Shown here piece after piece: positions 1 to 10,366 of a stretch of 64,000 nt of DNA. Position numbers and translations under genes: made by a program. Below the pieces are notes generated by a model that worked only from the letters and a program-made list of their open reading frames with translations, was not told the DNA's origin and did not search any database. Each line of letters opens with the position of its first letter. Positions within the stretch are counted from its first letter, which is position 1. The DNA is from Pseudomonadales bacterium (lineage in GTDB: Bacteria > Pseudomonadota > Gammaproteobacteria > Pseudomonadales > Pseudohongiellaceae): contig DASWWP010000053.1 of the NCBI GenBank assembly GCA_036405915.1, positions 26,343 to 90,342 of the forward strand, given 5' to 3'.

Positions 1-342
1 ATGCACGTCACGGCACGCGCCGTCGATCACGGTGCCGGCCAGGCCTTTCTTGTGCGCGAGATACGTCAGGATGTCACCCCATACGGTGGCATCTTCACGG
101 CCGCCATTGTCGATCACGGCAACGGTGCCCGGACCGAGCTTGTCGATGAAGTCACCCACGGTGCCCGGCTTCTCGGCATCGAGCGGACCGTAAAGGATCG
201 TGTAGGCGCGTCCGGCGAGGCGAAAATTCTGGTCGCGCGGCTTGATGCCGAGGCATTGGCCGGCGATGCGCAGCTTGTCGAGGGCGTCGCTGATCGTGGC
301 GGTGTCGAGTCTGGCGGCGCGTTCTACGTTTCTATCGTTCAT
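1..342 (-). CDS. RraA-family protein, C-terminal end cut by window edge
   Basis: Not in the ORF track (no stop in window). Reverse strand from ATG (complement of 340-342) reads MNDRNVERAARLDTATISDALDKLRIAGQCLG...VAVIDNGGREDATVWGDILTYLAHKKGLAGTVIDGACRDVH. SDALD and G-x-VIDG-x-x-RD are RraA/HMG-aldolase family hallmarks. The + ORF 1..447 is its antisense shadow. Confidence 0.8.
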   Translation of the reverse strand, partial: MNDRNVERAARLDTATISDALDKLRIAGQCLGIKPRDQNFRLAGRAYTILYGPLDAEKPGTVGDFIDKLGPGTVAVIDNGGREDATVWGDILTYLAHKKGLAGTVIDGACRDVH

Positions 343-419
343 GTTTTCCTCGTAGTTATGAAGACGTTCGGCCTTCGCCGGAATGACGGCGACCGGGACA
401 GCTCCTTGTCTACGGTGCC

Positions 420-1094
420 TCAATCCTTCTTCAACATATTCTCGTAATTGGTTCCCATGACTTCGGACACGGGCTTGCCGGCCAACACATCCTGCGTCAT
501 CAGCCGTTCCTTTTCGGCGATCGTCTCGGCCGTCTTCAGGATTTCGTCGATCCGCGCCTGCGGGATGAAAACGACACCGCTGCCGTCCGCGATCACGTAG
601 TCACCCGGCTGCACCGTGCCGTCGCCGACCATGACTGGCACGCCGAAGGCCTGTTCCCAAACGCGGCCGCGAGCGGTGCGGGGTGTCGTGTAGCGGGAAA
701 ATACCGGGAAGCCGATGTCTTCGTATTCGTCGATGTCGCGCGCAGGGCCTTCCATGATGACGCCACGGACACCCTTCTTGTGCGCCGCGTTCGCGAGCAC
801 CCCGCCCCAGCCGGCGCAGTCGATGCCGGTGCGCTGTTCGACGACGATGACGGTGAGATCGTCGGCTGCCTCGATGGCCGCCGTGCCCAGATGGCGCTTC
901 GATCCGCCCTCCGGCGCCTGCGCATGCAATTTGACCGTTTGCACGATGCCGGCGATGCGCCGACGCGTCGAGCGGCGGGCGATGCCGGAGTGCGCACCAG
1001 GCAGACCGGCAGCGTCGAGGGCATCCGATACGGCGCATGCATCGAGTTTTTCGAGCCGCGCGACGTACTGCGCGCGATCTGCTGGCTTTGTCAC
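420..1094 (-). CDS. RraA-family protein (second, complete paralogue)
   Basis: ORF 420..1160. Motifs AVSDALDAAGLPG and GGVLANAAHKKGVRGVIMEGPARD. Start placed at GTG (complement of 1092-1094) preceded by GGGGG. The track start at 1160 is a TTG and is the alternative. Confidence 0.8.
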   Translation of the reverse strand: MTKPADRAQYVARLEKLDACAVSDALDAAGLPGAHSGIARRSTRRRIAGIVQTVKLHAQAPEGGSKRHLGTAAIEAADDLTVIVVEQRTGIDCAGWGGVLANAAHKKGVRGVIMEGPARDIDEYEDIGFPVFSRYTTPRTARGRVWEQAFGVPVMVGDGTVQPGDYVIADGSGVVFIPQARIDEILKTAETIAEKERLMTQDVLAGKPVSEVMGTNYENMLKKD

Positions 1095-1249
1095 TTTACC
1101 CCCGAAAATCAATGCCTTGTTGAAGGCCCGCGATGATAACCGAATCGCCCGGGGGGACAAAGGCAGAGCTTTGGGGGTTTGACCGGTTGCACGGTCGCGC
1201 TTGCTGTTTTAATTTTTTCCCCGGTAAAACGCCACCGGGAGTATGGGCC

Positions 1250-2512
1250 ATGTATCTCAAACTACTGGAACAAAACATCAGGGCAGGCATCCTGCACCTG
1301 CACTTGCCGAATGGTCGTAATTACACCTTCGGCCGCGAAGGCCTCGAAGCCCATTGGCACGTGAAGGATGACGATGCGATGCAACGCATCGCTGCCGACT
1401 GGGAATACGAACTGGGCGAAACCTATCTTCAAGGCCGCTGGGATGCTGGCGCCACCGGCCTGCGCAACCTGATCTCGGTGCTGCGCGCAAACTTCACGGT
1501 ATACCAGCCGAACCGCTGGCTGGCTCCCTTCGCAAAACTGATGAAGGAGTGGAATCGCATCACGAAGAGCTACGATAACGTCGCGCACCACTACGACGTA
1601 CCGGAAGCCGTGTTCCGCAAATTCCTCGACAAGGAAATGTTCTACTCCTGCGGCTACTTCCCGAAAGCGAACCTGACGATCGAAGAGGCGCAGCAGGCGA
1701 AAGCGCGCCACATCGCGGCGAAGCTGCTGATCAAGCCAGGCGACAGCATCCTCGACATCGGTTGCGGCTGGGGCAGCATGGCCTTCCACCTGGCGCAGAA
1801 TTTCGACTGCGAGGTCACCGGCATCACGCTGTCACGCGAGCAGCTCGCCGCCGCGAAGCGTGAGCAGGAACGCCGCGGCGTGAAGAACGTGCGCTTCGAG
1901 CTGGCTGACTATCGCGAACATCGCGGCGCCTATGACCGCATCGTCAGCATCGGCATGTTCGAACACGTCGGCAAGCCGTATCACGATACCTACTTCCAGC
2001 GCGTGCGCGAACTGCTGAAGTCGGACGGCGTCGCGCTGGTCCACACGATTGGCCGCAGCGGCCCACCGGGCGTGACGAATCCATGGATCATGAAACACAT
2101 TTTCCCGGGCGGCGGTACGCCGTCGCTGTCGGAACTTGCCACGGCGATCGAAAACAGCAGGCTGAAAACCACGGACGCCGAAGTGTGGCGCCTGCACTAT
2201 GCATCGACGCTGCAGGCCTGGTACGAACGTTTCCTCGCGAATCGCGCCGAGATCGTCGAGATCATGGGCGAGGAGTTTTACCGAATGTGGGAATTCTACT
2301 TCGTGTCATGCGAGTCGGCCTTCCGCTACTCCGACCTCGTCGTGTACCAGTTGCAACTCGCGAAGCAGCACGGCGTCGTGCCGATCACGCGTGACTATCT
2401 CTACAACCAGGACACGCGCACTGACGAACTGCTGTATCGCATATTCGCACCAGTCATGGGCCGCGGTGCGCCGATCAAGGCAGCGCGCTCACCAATCCTC
2501 GCGGTTGGGTAA
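1250..2512 (+). CDS. Cyclopropane-fatty-acyl-phospholipid synthase family SAM-dependent methyltransferase
   Basis: ORF 1133..2512. HYDVPEAVFRKFLDKEMFYSCGYF, SAM-binding ILDIGCGWGSMAFHLAQ, MFEHVG, TLQAWYERF. Start moved to ATG 1250 (MYLKLLEQ, GGGA upstream) because the first 39 codons look non-coding. Confidence 0.85.
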   Translation: MYLKLLEQNIRAGILHLHLPNGRNYTFGREGLEAHWHVKDDDAMQRIAADWEYELGETYLQGRWDAGATGLRNLISVLRANFTVYQPNRWLAPFAKLMKEWNRITKSYDNVAHHYDVPEAVFRKFLDKEMFYSCGYFPKANLTIEEAQQAKARHIAAKLLIKPGDSILDIGCGWGSMAFHLAQNFDCEVTGITLSREQLAAAKREQERRGVKNVRFELADYREHRGAYDRIVSIGMFEHVGKPYHDTYFQRVRELLKSDGVALVHTIGRSGPPGVTNPWIMKHIFPGGGTPSLSELATAIENSRLKTTDAEVWRLHYASTLQAWYERFLANRAEIVEIMGEEFYRMWEFYFVSCESAFRYSDLVVYQLQLAKQHGVVPITRDYLYNQDTRTDELLYRIFAPVMGRGAPIKAARSPILAVG

Positions 2513-3199
2513 CAGCGCGCGGAGCTCTGCGTCGGTCAGGTTGCGCCAGGTGCCTGGTCGCAGGTGACCCAGCTTGATGTTCGAGATGCGTATGCGCCGC
2601 AACTGGCGCACGTTTTGTCCGAATGCTGCCGCCATCAAGCGGATCTGACGATTGAGCCCCTGCGTCAGGATGATGCGGAAGCCGAACTTGTTGTGCTTGT
2701 AGGCCTTGCATGGCAGGGTCTTCTGCCCGTGGATCACGACGCCACGCATCATGCCGCGCAGGAATTCGTCGTTCACCGCATGGCCCACTTCCACGAGATA
2801 TTCCTTCTCGTGCTTGTTCTCCGCGCGCAGGATCTCGTTGACGATGTCGCCATTGCTCGTCAGCAGGATCAATCCCTCGGAATCCTTGTCCAGGCGCCCG
2901 ATCGGAAACACGCGCCGCGGATGATCCACCGCGTCCACGATGTTGCCCTTCACGTTCGCCTCGGTCGTGCACGTGATGCCGACCGGCTTGTTATAGGCGA
3001 TATACACGTGCTTCTTCCCGGCCTTGCGGACCTGCGGCTGCACTTCGACGCCGTCGACCTCGACACGCGCGCCTTCCGGCACTTCGGCGCCGATGCTGGC
3101 AACATCGCCATTCAGCGTGACCTTGCCGTCGGCAATCAGCCGGTCGGCTTCGCGACGCGAGCAGAACCCCTGCTCACTGAGGAATTTGTTCAGGCGCAT
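2489..3199 (-). CDS. rluF: 23S rRNA pseudouridine synthase, RluF-like (RsuA family)
   Basis: S4 domain MRLNKFLSEQGFCSRREADRLIADGKVTLNG, catalytic FPIGRLDKDSEGLILLTSNGD, KEYLVEV, GLNRQIR. Converges on and overlaps the cfa-like gene end by 24 bp. Confidence 0.88.
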   Translation of the reverse strand: MRLNKFLSEQGFCSRREADRLIADGKVTLNGDVASIGAEVPEGARVEVDGVEVQPQVRKAGKKHVYIAYNKPVGITCTTEANVKGNIVDAVDHPRRVFPIGRLDKDSEGLILLTSNGDIVNEILRAENKHEKEYLVEVGHAVNDEFLRGMMRGVVIHGQKTLPCKAYKHNKFGFRIILTQGLNRQIRLMAAAFGQNVRQLRRIRISNIKLGHLRPGTWRNLTDAELRALLPNREDW

Positions 3200-3212
3200 T
3201 GGAGGAGTGGCT

Positions 3213-4868
3213 TCACTTCTTGCCGGCAGTGTTATCGGTATTCGGCCTGACCCGCAGGCGGCCGAACGCGGGGCGTTCTTCTTCAGTTTCCGCGCGCGCG
3301 GGCTGCGCCGTCACGCGCAAGGCATCGCTGGCGCTCGGCAGCATTTCGCCGAGGACGCGGCCGATCGAGCCGCTGGGTTGCGCAATGCCGAGCTGCGCGG
3401 CAAGCGTCGGCGCGATGTCGTGCACGGCAGCTTCGGCATGGTAATGACCTGGCTGCACGAGGTTCGGCGCGCCCCAGAAAATCACAGGTACGTGCGTGTC
3501 GTAAGAATATGGCGAGCCATGGTTCGTGCCGCCAAAGCCGCCGGCGAGCCAGTTCGGCTCGTGGATTGCGAGCACGTCGCCGGAGTGCAAGGTGTTGAAG
3601 CCGTTGCGCACGCGGCGATCTATGGCGTCACCGTTCACGAGGCCGGCCGCCAGTTCGCTGCGCGTATACACGCGCGCAACGCGCGGCTGCGTGCGCAACG
3701 TGTCCGCAGCCACGCGCTCCATGTCGGCATACGCGATCGACTTGCCGGGCACGGGCTCGCGGCGCAGGTAATAGCTGAAGTCCGCGACGCCTTCGACATA
3801 GTCGCCCGCACCGAATGCAGCGTCGAGGGCCGTCTCGACCGCCTCGCGCTCGGCGCGCGCATCGTAGCGTCCACCAGGCAGGCGCTTCGCGACGTTTTCT
3901 TCCGGCACCGGCGCCACGCCGTGGTCGGCCGTGAAGACGACGAGTACATTGCCGGCGCCGGCCTGTGCTTCGGCCGCCTCGATCAACTCTCCGACGCGCT
4001 CGTCGATCGCGAGCGCCATTTCACGGATCAGCGGCGTATCCGGGCCACTGCTGTGGCCGACATAGTCCATCGCCGAAAAACTCACGGAGAGCAGATCGGT
4101 TTGCGCATCGGTGCCGAGCTGCTCTGCTTCGAGCACCGTCAATGCGAAGTCGAGCACAAGCTGGTCAGCGAACGGCGACGCATCGATCTCGCCGTACAGG
4201 TCGATGCCAGCGGCAGGCATCGTCACGTCGCCGAAGCGCTCGCCCGCGAAACGGTCGGCATGTTTCGCCGCGTTGAAATCGGAAGCCCATGCGGGCAGTG
4301 CGTCGAAATACCAGGTGCTCGACACGAAGTTGCCGCTCGACCCGTCGAACCAGAATGCACCATCGGCCATGCGACCGGCAGGCAGGATTGCACTGCGGTC
4401 CTTCAGCGACACGCCGTATACCTTCCCGCCCTTGCCGGAAATCTTCAGTTCGTCGCCGATCGTCGACACGAGCAGGCGCTTCGGCGATGCGCCGGCACCG
4501 CCGCCGAGCGGCGAGACGTCGGCATCGGTGATGCTCTGCACGTTGCGGCCTTCGCTGCGCTCGTACCAGGTGTTGCCGGCGATGCCACTGACGGACGGCG
4601 TGGCGCCGCTGAGTATCGTCGAATGACCGACGGCGGTGACGGTCGGCGCTGCGTCGTAATTTGCGTTCGTGAATACGGCGCCCTCGTCGACCAGTCGTTT
4701 CAGCCCGCTGTCGAATTCGGCCTCGTAGCGGCCAAGGTAGTCGTAGCGCATCTGGTCGACGACGATCGCCAGCACGAGCGTCGGGCGCGCGGCGGGCGTT
4801 TCCTGCGCCGAGGCATGCGCGGAAGCAGCGAGCACCACTGCAGCGGCAAGCAGGTTTCGGGATGGCAT
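3213..4868 (-). CDS. Secreted alkaline phosphatase / nucleotide pyrophosphatase-phosphodiesterase (NPP) family enzyme
   Basis: ORF 3213..4949, start moved to ATG at 4868 (GAGGA upstream). Signal peptide MPSRNLLAAAVVLAASAHASA. VVDQMRYDY, TVTAVGHSTILSGATP, MDYVGHSSGPD, FTADHG metal/nucleophile motifs. Confidence 0.85.
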   Translation of the reverse strand: MPSRNLLAAAVVLAASAHASAQETPAARPTLVLAIVVDQMRYDYLGRYEAEFDSGLKRLVDEGAVFTNANYDAAPTVTAVGHSTILSGATPSVSGIAGNTWYERSEGRNVQSITDADVSPLGGGAGASPKRLLVSTIGDELKISGKGGKVYGVSLKDRSAILPAGRMADGAFWFDGSSGNFVSSTWYFDALPAWASDFNAAKHADRFAGERFGDVTMPAAGIDLYGEIDASPFADQLVLDFALTVLEAEQLGTDAQTDLLSVSFSAMDYVGHSSGPDTPLIREMALAIDERVGELIEAAEAQAGAGNVLVVFTADHGVAPVPEENVAKRLPGGRYDARAEREAVETALDAAFGAGDYVEGVADFSYYLRREPVPGKSIAYADMERVAADTLRTQPRVARVYTRSELAAGLVNGDAIDRRVRNGFNTLHSGDVLAIHEPNWLAGGFGGTNHGSPYSYDTHVPVIFWGAPNLVQPGHYHAEAAVHDIAPTLAAQLGIAQPSGSIGRVLGEMLPSASDALRVTAQPARAETEEERPAFGRLRVRPNTDNTAGKK

Positions 4869-5179
4869 GTCGGAATCCTCGGGGAACGGCGGTGCAACTG
4901 TACCGTAAGCACGGAAGCATCGGAACTGCCGTGTAGCCACGGCACACATTCACGCGACTCATGTGGAAAATTTTTCCGATCTTTACACGGCTTTCGCTGA
5001 CCAACAGGCAAAAAACAGCCTGCCGGAAGCCTATGTTGCCGACATCGTCGCTGGCATGGTTCTGGCAACGCTTCTGCAAACGGCGGTTCTCGCACGCTCC
5101 CGCACATGTCGCGAACGATCGCGACTGCATCCCAACATCACATCATTCGCACGTCATCGATCCACAGACGAGGTAAACC

Positions 5180-6361
5180 ATGAGAGCGCTCTGCTGGCAC
5201 GGCAAGGAAAAGGTAAGCATCGATTCGGTGCCCGATCCGAAAATCGAACACCCTGGCGACGTGATACTGCGCATCACGGCAACCGCAATCTGCGGTTCGG
5301 ACCTGCACCTGTACAACGCGCTCGTGCCTACGCTCGACGATGGCGACATCCTCGGCCACGAATTCATGGGCGAAGTCGTCGAGAAAGGCTCCGCCGTCAC
5401 GCGCCTGCAGGTCGGCGACCGCGTCGTCAATCCCTTCACGATCTCGTGTGGCCAATGCTTCTTCTGCAAGCGCGAGCAGTACTCCTGCTGCGACACGACG
5501 AACAACGACCCGAAACGCGCGCTCGCCGAAAAGATGATGGGCCATGCGACCGCTGGAATGTACGGCTACGGCCACATGACGGGCGGCTATCCCGGCGGCC
5601 AGGCGGAATACGTGCGCGTCCCGCATGCCGACATCGGCCCCATCAAGGTTCCGGCGGGCCTTCCCGACGACAAGGTGCTGTTCCTGTCCGACATCTTCCC
5701 GACCGGCTGGATGGCGGCGGAGAACGCGAACATCCAGCCAGGCGACACTGTCGCAGTATGGGGCGCGGGTCCTGTCGGCCTGTTCACGATGCGCAGCGCG
5801 TGGATGCAAGGGGCCGGCCGCGTGATCGCGATAGACGCCGTGCCTGAGCGCGTGGAACTCGCGCGCAGCTTCGGCCGCGCGGACGTCATCGCGAGTTTCG
5901 ACCCGACGGAAGTCTACGACACGCTGCAACAGATGACGGGCGGCCGCGGACCGGATAGCTGCATCGATGCCGTCGGCGCAGAAGCGCACGGCCATGGCGT
6001 CATCGACAACGTGATCGACCACACGAAGGATCTCGCCCACCTGCCGATGCCGCGCCCGCACGTGCTGCAGCAGATCGCGAAGTGCTGCCGCAAGGGCGGC
6101 TCGCTGTCGATACCGGGCGTCTACCTCGGCTTCGTCAACATGTTTCCGATCGGCACCGTGATGAACAAGGGACTGACGCTGAAAACGGGCCAGACGCACA
6201 TGCAGCGCTACCTGATGCCGCTGCTCGACCACGTCGTGCGCGGCGACATCGATCTCTCCGAGATCATCACGCACCGCCTTCCACTCAGCGACGCGCCCGA
6301 GGCTTACAAGATGTTCCAGGAGAAACGAGACGGCTGCGTGAAGGTGTTCATGACGCCATGA
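5180..6361 (+). CDS. Zinc-dependent alcohol/formaldehyde dehydrogenase family (MDR) enzyme
   Basis: [19 protein letters not shown], structural-zinc CGQCFFC..C, Rossmann GAGPVGL. 393 aa. Confidence 0.88.
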   Translation: MRALCWHGKEKVSIDSVPDPKIEHPGDVILRITATAICGSDLHLYNALVPTLDDGDILGHEFMGEVVEKGSAVTRLQVGDRVVNPFTISCGQCFFCKREQYSCCDTTNNDPKRALAEKMMGHATAGMYGYGHMTGGYPGGQAEYVRVPHADIGPIKVPAGLPDDKVLFLSDIFPTGWMAAENANIQPGDTVAVWGAGPVGLFTMRSAWMQGAGRVIAIDAVPERVELARSFGRADVIASFDPTEVYDTLQQMTGGRGPDSCIDAVGAEAHGHGVIDNVIDHTKDLAHLPMPRPHVLQQIAKCCRKGGSLSIPGVYLGFVNMFPIGTVMNKGLTLKTGQTHMQRYLMPLLDHVVRGDIDLSEIITHRLPLSDAPEAYKMFQEKRDGCVKVFMTP

Positions 6362-6422
6362 GACGGGTGGCTCACGGCTAAACAGCGTCAGCGCTCATCA
6401 GTTGTTAATTAGGACGAATGGC

Positions 6423-6448
6423 CGGCTCGGGGCCTGAGCCCCGAGCCG
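6423..6448. terminator. 11-bp GC-rich hairpin between convergent adh-like and fumarase genes (possible bidirectional terminator)
   Basis: CGGCTCGGGGC-CTGA-GCCCCGAGCCG, perfect stem. No clear U-run on either strand. Confidence 0.45.
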
Positions 6449-6460
6449 AGCGCGGCGAGG

Positions 6461-7984
6461 TCAGCTCACCTCGACCACGCGCTCCTCGATACGCTTTTTC
6501 CATTCCTGCGGGCCCGTGTTGTGCACGGACGTTCCATTCACGTCGACTGCCACCGTCACTGGCATGTCCTGGACCTCGAACTCATGGATCGCCTCCATGC
6601 CGAGATCGGCGAATGCGACGACACGCGCCTTCCTGATCGCCTTCGACACGAGATATGCCGCGCCGCCGACCGCCATGAGGTACACAGCCCTGTGCTTTCG
6701 TATGGCGTCGATCGCGACCGGCCCGCGCTCCGACTTGCCGATCATGCCGATAAGGCCCGATTTCTCGAGCAGTTTGTCCGTGAACTTGTCCATGCGCGTC
6801 GCCGTCGTGGGACCGGCGGGGCCCACCACTTCGTCGCGTACCGGATCGACCGGGCCGACGTAGTAAATGAACCTGCCTTTCAGGTCGACGCCTTCAGGCA
6901 GGCCCTTGCCGCTGTCATACAGTTCGATCATGCGTTTGTGCGCGGCGTCGCGGCCGGTGAGCATCTTGCCGCTCAGCAACAGCGTTTCACCGGGCTGCCA
7001 CGCGGCGATTTCCTCGCGCGTGACGGTGTCGAGATTCACGCGGCGTGCGCCGGGGCCGACGTCCCACGTGATCTTCGGATAGTCCTCCACGCGCGGCGGA
7101 TGCAGTTCGGCAGGGCCGGAGCCATCGAGCACGAAGTGCGCATGCCTTGTCGCCGCGCAGTTCGGAATCATCGCCACCGGCAACGAGGCTGCGTGCGTCG
7201 GGTAGTCCTTGATCTTCACGTCGAGGACGGTCGTCAAACCGCCGAGCCCCTGCGCGCCGATGCCGAGCGCGTTGACCTTATCCATGATCTCGAGGCGCAG
7301 TTCCTCGACGCGATTGCGTGGGCCGCGCGCTCTCAGTTCGTCGATGTCGACAGGATCCATCAGCGATTCCTTTGCCATGACGGCGGCTTTCTCCGCCGTG
7401 CCGCCGATGCCGATGCCGAGCATCCCGGGCGGGCACCAGCCGGCGCCCATCGTCGGCACGGTCTTCACGACCCAGTCGACGATGCTGTCGCTCGGATTCA
7501 GCATCACGAGCTTGCTCTTGTTTTCGGACCCGCCACCTTTCGCGGCCACCTGGAATTCGACCTTGTCGCCGGGAACGAGCCGCGTGTGGATCACGGCTGG
7601 CGTGTTGTCCTTCGTATTCTTGCGTGCGCCGGCGGGGTCGCTGAGGATCGACGCGCGCAGCACGTTGTCGGGATGCAAGTACGCGCGGCGCACGCCTTCG
7701 TTGATCATGTCCTCGAGCGTCATCGTGCCTTCCCACCGCACGTTCATGCCGACTTCGACAAACACGGTGACGATGCCGGTGTCCTGGCAGATCGGGCGCT
7801 TGCCTTCGGCGCACATGCGCGAGTTGATGAGGATCTGGGCCATCGCGTCCTTCGCGGCCTTGCTCTGCTCGCGTTCGTAGGCGCGATGCACGGCGTGGAT
7901 GAAGTCGAGCGGGTGGTAATACGAAATGAACTGCAGAGCATCGGCCACGCTGGCGATGACATCGTCCTGGCGGATAAGGGTCAT
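6461..7984 (-). CDS. fumA: Class I (Fe-S) fumarate hydratase
   Basis: 507 aa fused alpha/beta type. ICQDTGIVTVFVEVG, GGGSENKSKL, AGWCPPG and a C-terminal beta-domain GPTTATRMD. Confidence 0.92.
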   Translation of the reverse strand: MTLIRQDDVIASVADALQFISYYHPLDFIHAVHRAYEREQSKAAKDAMAQILINSRMCAEGKRPICQDTGIVTVFVEVGMNVRWEGTMTLEDMINEGVRRAYLHPDNVLRASILSDPAGARKNTKDNTPAVIHTRLVPGDKVEFQVAAKGGGSENKSKLVMLNPSDSIVDWVVKTVPTMGAGWCPPGMLGIGIGGTAEKAAVMAKESLMDPVDIDELRARGPRNRVEELRLEIMDKVNALGIGAQGLGGLTTVLDVKIKDYPTHAASLPVAMIPNCAATRHAHFVLDGSGPAELHPPRVEDYPKITWDVGPGARRVNLDTVTREEIAAWQPGETLLLSGKMLTGRDAAHKRMIELYDSGKGLPEGVDLKGRFIYYVGPVDPVRDEVVGPAGPTTATRMDKFTDKLLEKSGLIGMIGKSERGPVAIDAIRKHRAVYLMAVGGAAYLVSKAIRKARVVAFADLGMEAIHEFEVQDMPVTVAVDVNGTSVHNTGPQEWKKRIEERVVEVS

Positions 7985-8081
7985 GGAATTGCCTGATTAA
8001 AGCCTGGTTAATGAAAGCTGGGATAGAATCAGCGCGAAATTCTAGCACGGCACACTGCCGCTACAGCCCCGGAAGCCCACG

Positions 8082-8756
8082 ATGACCATGCGATACCGCA
8101 GCCGTTTCACCGCGTTCTTCTCGACCTTCGCCCCCGCTTTAGTCGCCGCGCTCGTGTTTACGAGCCATGTGTCCGCGGCGCACGCCGCACAGGCCGACGA
8201 CACGTTCACGATACTGTTCCTCGGCGATTCGCTGACCGAAGGCCTTGGTCTCGACGAGGCCGAAAATTTCCCGAGTCTGGTCGCACGGCGCCTCGAAGCC
8301 GACGGACGCGCGGACGTCGAAATCGTCAATGCCGGCGTCAGCGGTTCTACTTCCGCCAGCGGCCTCGGTCGCCTGCAATGGTTCGCACGTTCGCAGCCGG
8401 ACCTGCTCGTGCTCGCGCTCGGCGCGAACGATGGCCTGCGCGGCCTCGACGTGAACGACATGAAGAAGAACCTCGCGGCGACGATCGAGTTCGCGCAGGC
8501 AAACGGCATCGATGTCGCGCTGGCCGGCATGCTGGTACCGCCGAACATGGGTCCGGACTATACGAGCGCCTTTGCCCAGGTGTTCCCGGACCTCGCCGCG
8601 CAATACGACCTGCCGCTGCTCCCGTTCCTGCTCGAAGGCGTCGCTGCCGTGCCGGAGTTGAACCAGGCCGACGGCATTCATCCCAACGTCGAAGGCACGA
8701 AGATCGTCGCGGAAACGGTTTACGAGTTCCTGCTGCCACTGCTGCCGTCGTCCTGA
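8082..8756 (+). CDS. tesA: SGNH/GDSL arylesterase / acyl-CoA thioesterase I-like (TesA-like), secreted
   Basis: Signal peptide, block I FLGDSLTEG, block II GVSGSTS, block III GANDGLRG, block V DGIHPN. Collinear with my recollection of E. coli TesA. Confidence 0.85.
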   Translation: MTMRYRSRFTAFFSTFAPALVAALVFTSHVSAAHAAQADDTFTILFLGDSLTEGLGLDEAENFPSLVARRLEADGRADVEIVNAGVSGSTSASGLGRLQWFARSQPDLLVLALGANDGLRGLDVNDMKKNLAATIEFAQANGIDVALAGMLVPPNMGPDYTSAFAQVFPDLAAQYDLPLLPFLLEGVAAVPELNQADGIHPNVEGTKIVAETVYEFLLPLLPSS

Positions 8757-10024
8757 GAGTCGAGCGCACGGCGGAAACAGGAATTTCGTCCCTGCGCGAA
8801 AGGCCAGCTCCAGCCGTCGGGATCGTCGTCGCCGAAATCCATCGTATCCACGTCAGTGTCGCCAGGCATCGGCTTGCCGTTTAACACGAGCCACAGGCTG
8901 CCAAGGAGCGCGGCGATCAACGAGCCCGCGAGGATTGCCATCTTCGACGCCGCCACGAGCGCCGGCACGCCCGGGAACGCGAGGTTCGCGATGAAGATCG
9001 ACATCGTGAACCCGATCCCGCCCAGCAGGCCCGCACCGGCCACATGACGCCAGCCGAGGTCGAGCGGCAGCCGGCATAGCCCGGCCGATACGGCAAGCAG
9101 GCTCATCAGCACGATGCCGAGCGGCTTGCCGATGACGAGCCCGGCAATGATGCCAAGGCTGTTCGCCGACGCGAGCTCCTGCATCCAGTCCGACTCGACG
9201 ACGATTGCCGTGTTCGCCAGCGCGAATAAAGGCAGGATCAGGTACGCCACCGGCCTGTGCAATGCATGCTCGAGCCGGTGGGACGGCGACTTCACGTCAT
9301 CCTGGTAGGCCGAAAACGGAATCGCGAAAGCCAGCAGCACGCCGGCGATCGTTGCATGCACGCCCGACTTCAGCATCAGGTACCACATCAGCACGCCGCC
9401 GATCAGGTACGGCAACAGCAACATGACGCGCATGCGGTTCATGACGACCATCGCTGCGAATACCGCCAGCGCCGCGAGCAGGTAGTACGGCGCGAGATCG
9501 CTCGTGTAGAACAGCGCGATGACGATGATCGCGCAGAGGTCGTCGATCACGGCGAGCGCCGCGAGGAAGATCTTCAGCGAAGCTGGCACGCTGTTGCCGA
9601 GCAATGCGAGCACGCCGAGCGCGAACGCGATGTCCGTCGCCATCGGGATCCCGATGCCGGGCTGCGTCACGCTGCCCTGGTTCAGCGCGTAGTGAATGCC
9701 CGCCGGAATGGCGACGCCGCCAAGCGCAGCGGCGATCGGCAACAGCGCATTGCGGATGTCGCTCAACTCACCGTTGTACAGTTCGCGCTCGAGTTCCAGC
9801 CCTATCAGCAGGAAGAAGATGGCCATCAGGCCGTCGTTGATCCAGTGTTCGGCGCTGAGTCCCGCCAACTCCACATGCCACGCATCGATCCAGACATTGC
9901 CGGCCGCGGAATTGGCCAGCGCAAGCGACAGCGCCGTCATCGCGATCAGCACGACACCTTCGGCCTTCTTCGAGCGGAAGAATGCGAGGAAGGTTAACGA
10001 AAGCCTGCGCTGGATGACTGCCAT
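8720..10024 (-). CDS. nhaA: Na+/H+ antiporter NhaA
   Basis: ORF 8720..10213, start moved to ATG at 10024 (MAVIQRRLS). AVIDDLCAIIVIALFYT (the NhaA Asp pair), multi-TM. Acidic ~45-aa C-terminal tail overlaps the tesA-like 3' end. Confidence 0.9.
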   Translation of the reverse strand: MAVIQRRLSLTFLAFFRSKKAEGVVLIAMTALSLALANSAAGNVWIDAWHVELAGLSAEHWINDGLMAIFFLLIGLELERELYNGELSDIRNALLPIAAALGGVAIPAGIHYALNQGSVTQPGIGIPMATDIAFALGVLALLGNSVPASLKIFLAALAVIDDLCAIIVIALFYTSDLAPYYLLAALAVFAAMVVMNRMRVMLLLPYLIGGVLMWYLMLKSGVHATIAGVLLAFAIPFSAYQDDVKSPSHRLEHALHRPVAYLILPLFALANTAIVVESDWMQELASANSLGIIAGLVIGKPLGIVLMSLLAVSAGLCRLPLDLGWRHVAGAGLLGGIGFTMSIFIANLAFPGVPALVAASKMAILAGSLIAALLGSLWLVLNGKPMPGDTDVDTMDFGDDDPDGWSWPFAQGRNSCFRRALDSQDDGSSGSRNS

Positions 10025-10366
10025 GTTGACTCGTTGCTGCCGCTCTATTTCGTGGATGTTGCGAGAACGTTGCGTGACAACCGGCAAGCATAAATGCTCA
10101 GGCACGCAAAGCGCGCAAGGCAATGCACCCAATCGGTGATTGGATTTCGCTTGCCGTACCGCTCCACTCGTCATCGCCCCACTGGCGGGTGGCGGGGCGA
10201 AGGAACGTTGCACAACTGATCACCTGCGTCCCGCTGGAACAGGGTTTCACCTGAATATCGGCAAGGCCTATCGCGGTCATAGTGACAATCGATAAGCGGC
10301 CCGCGCAAACCGCTTTCTATACTCCCGCTCGCAATTTCCATAACGACAACAATGGAGGCAGACGTC

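Noticed and set aside
1-447. Track ORF 1..447 (+), 148 aa
   Set aside because: It is the antisense shadow of a clearly recognisable RraA-family gene on the minus strand. The plus-frame protein has no family resemblance.
3024-5000. Long antisense ORFs typical of GC-rich DNA. Examples: 3024..5000 +, 6521..7996 +, 11796..13310 -, 23048..24691 -, 28262..29848 -, 35533..37299 -, 37514..39133 -, 41050..42345 -, 44259..46103 -, 46532..48880 -, 55052..56527 +.
   Set aside because: Each lies opposite a gene with strong family motifs. Their translations are Arg/Ala/His/Gly-rich with no recognisable motifs, as expected for stop-poor shadow frames.
8720-8756. 37-bp convergent overlap of the tesA-like and nhaA 3' ends
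   Set aside because: It is probably just the acidic, poorly conserved NhaA tail running into the neighbouring gene. There is no evidence for antisense regulation from sequence alone.
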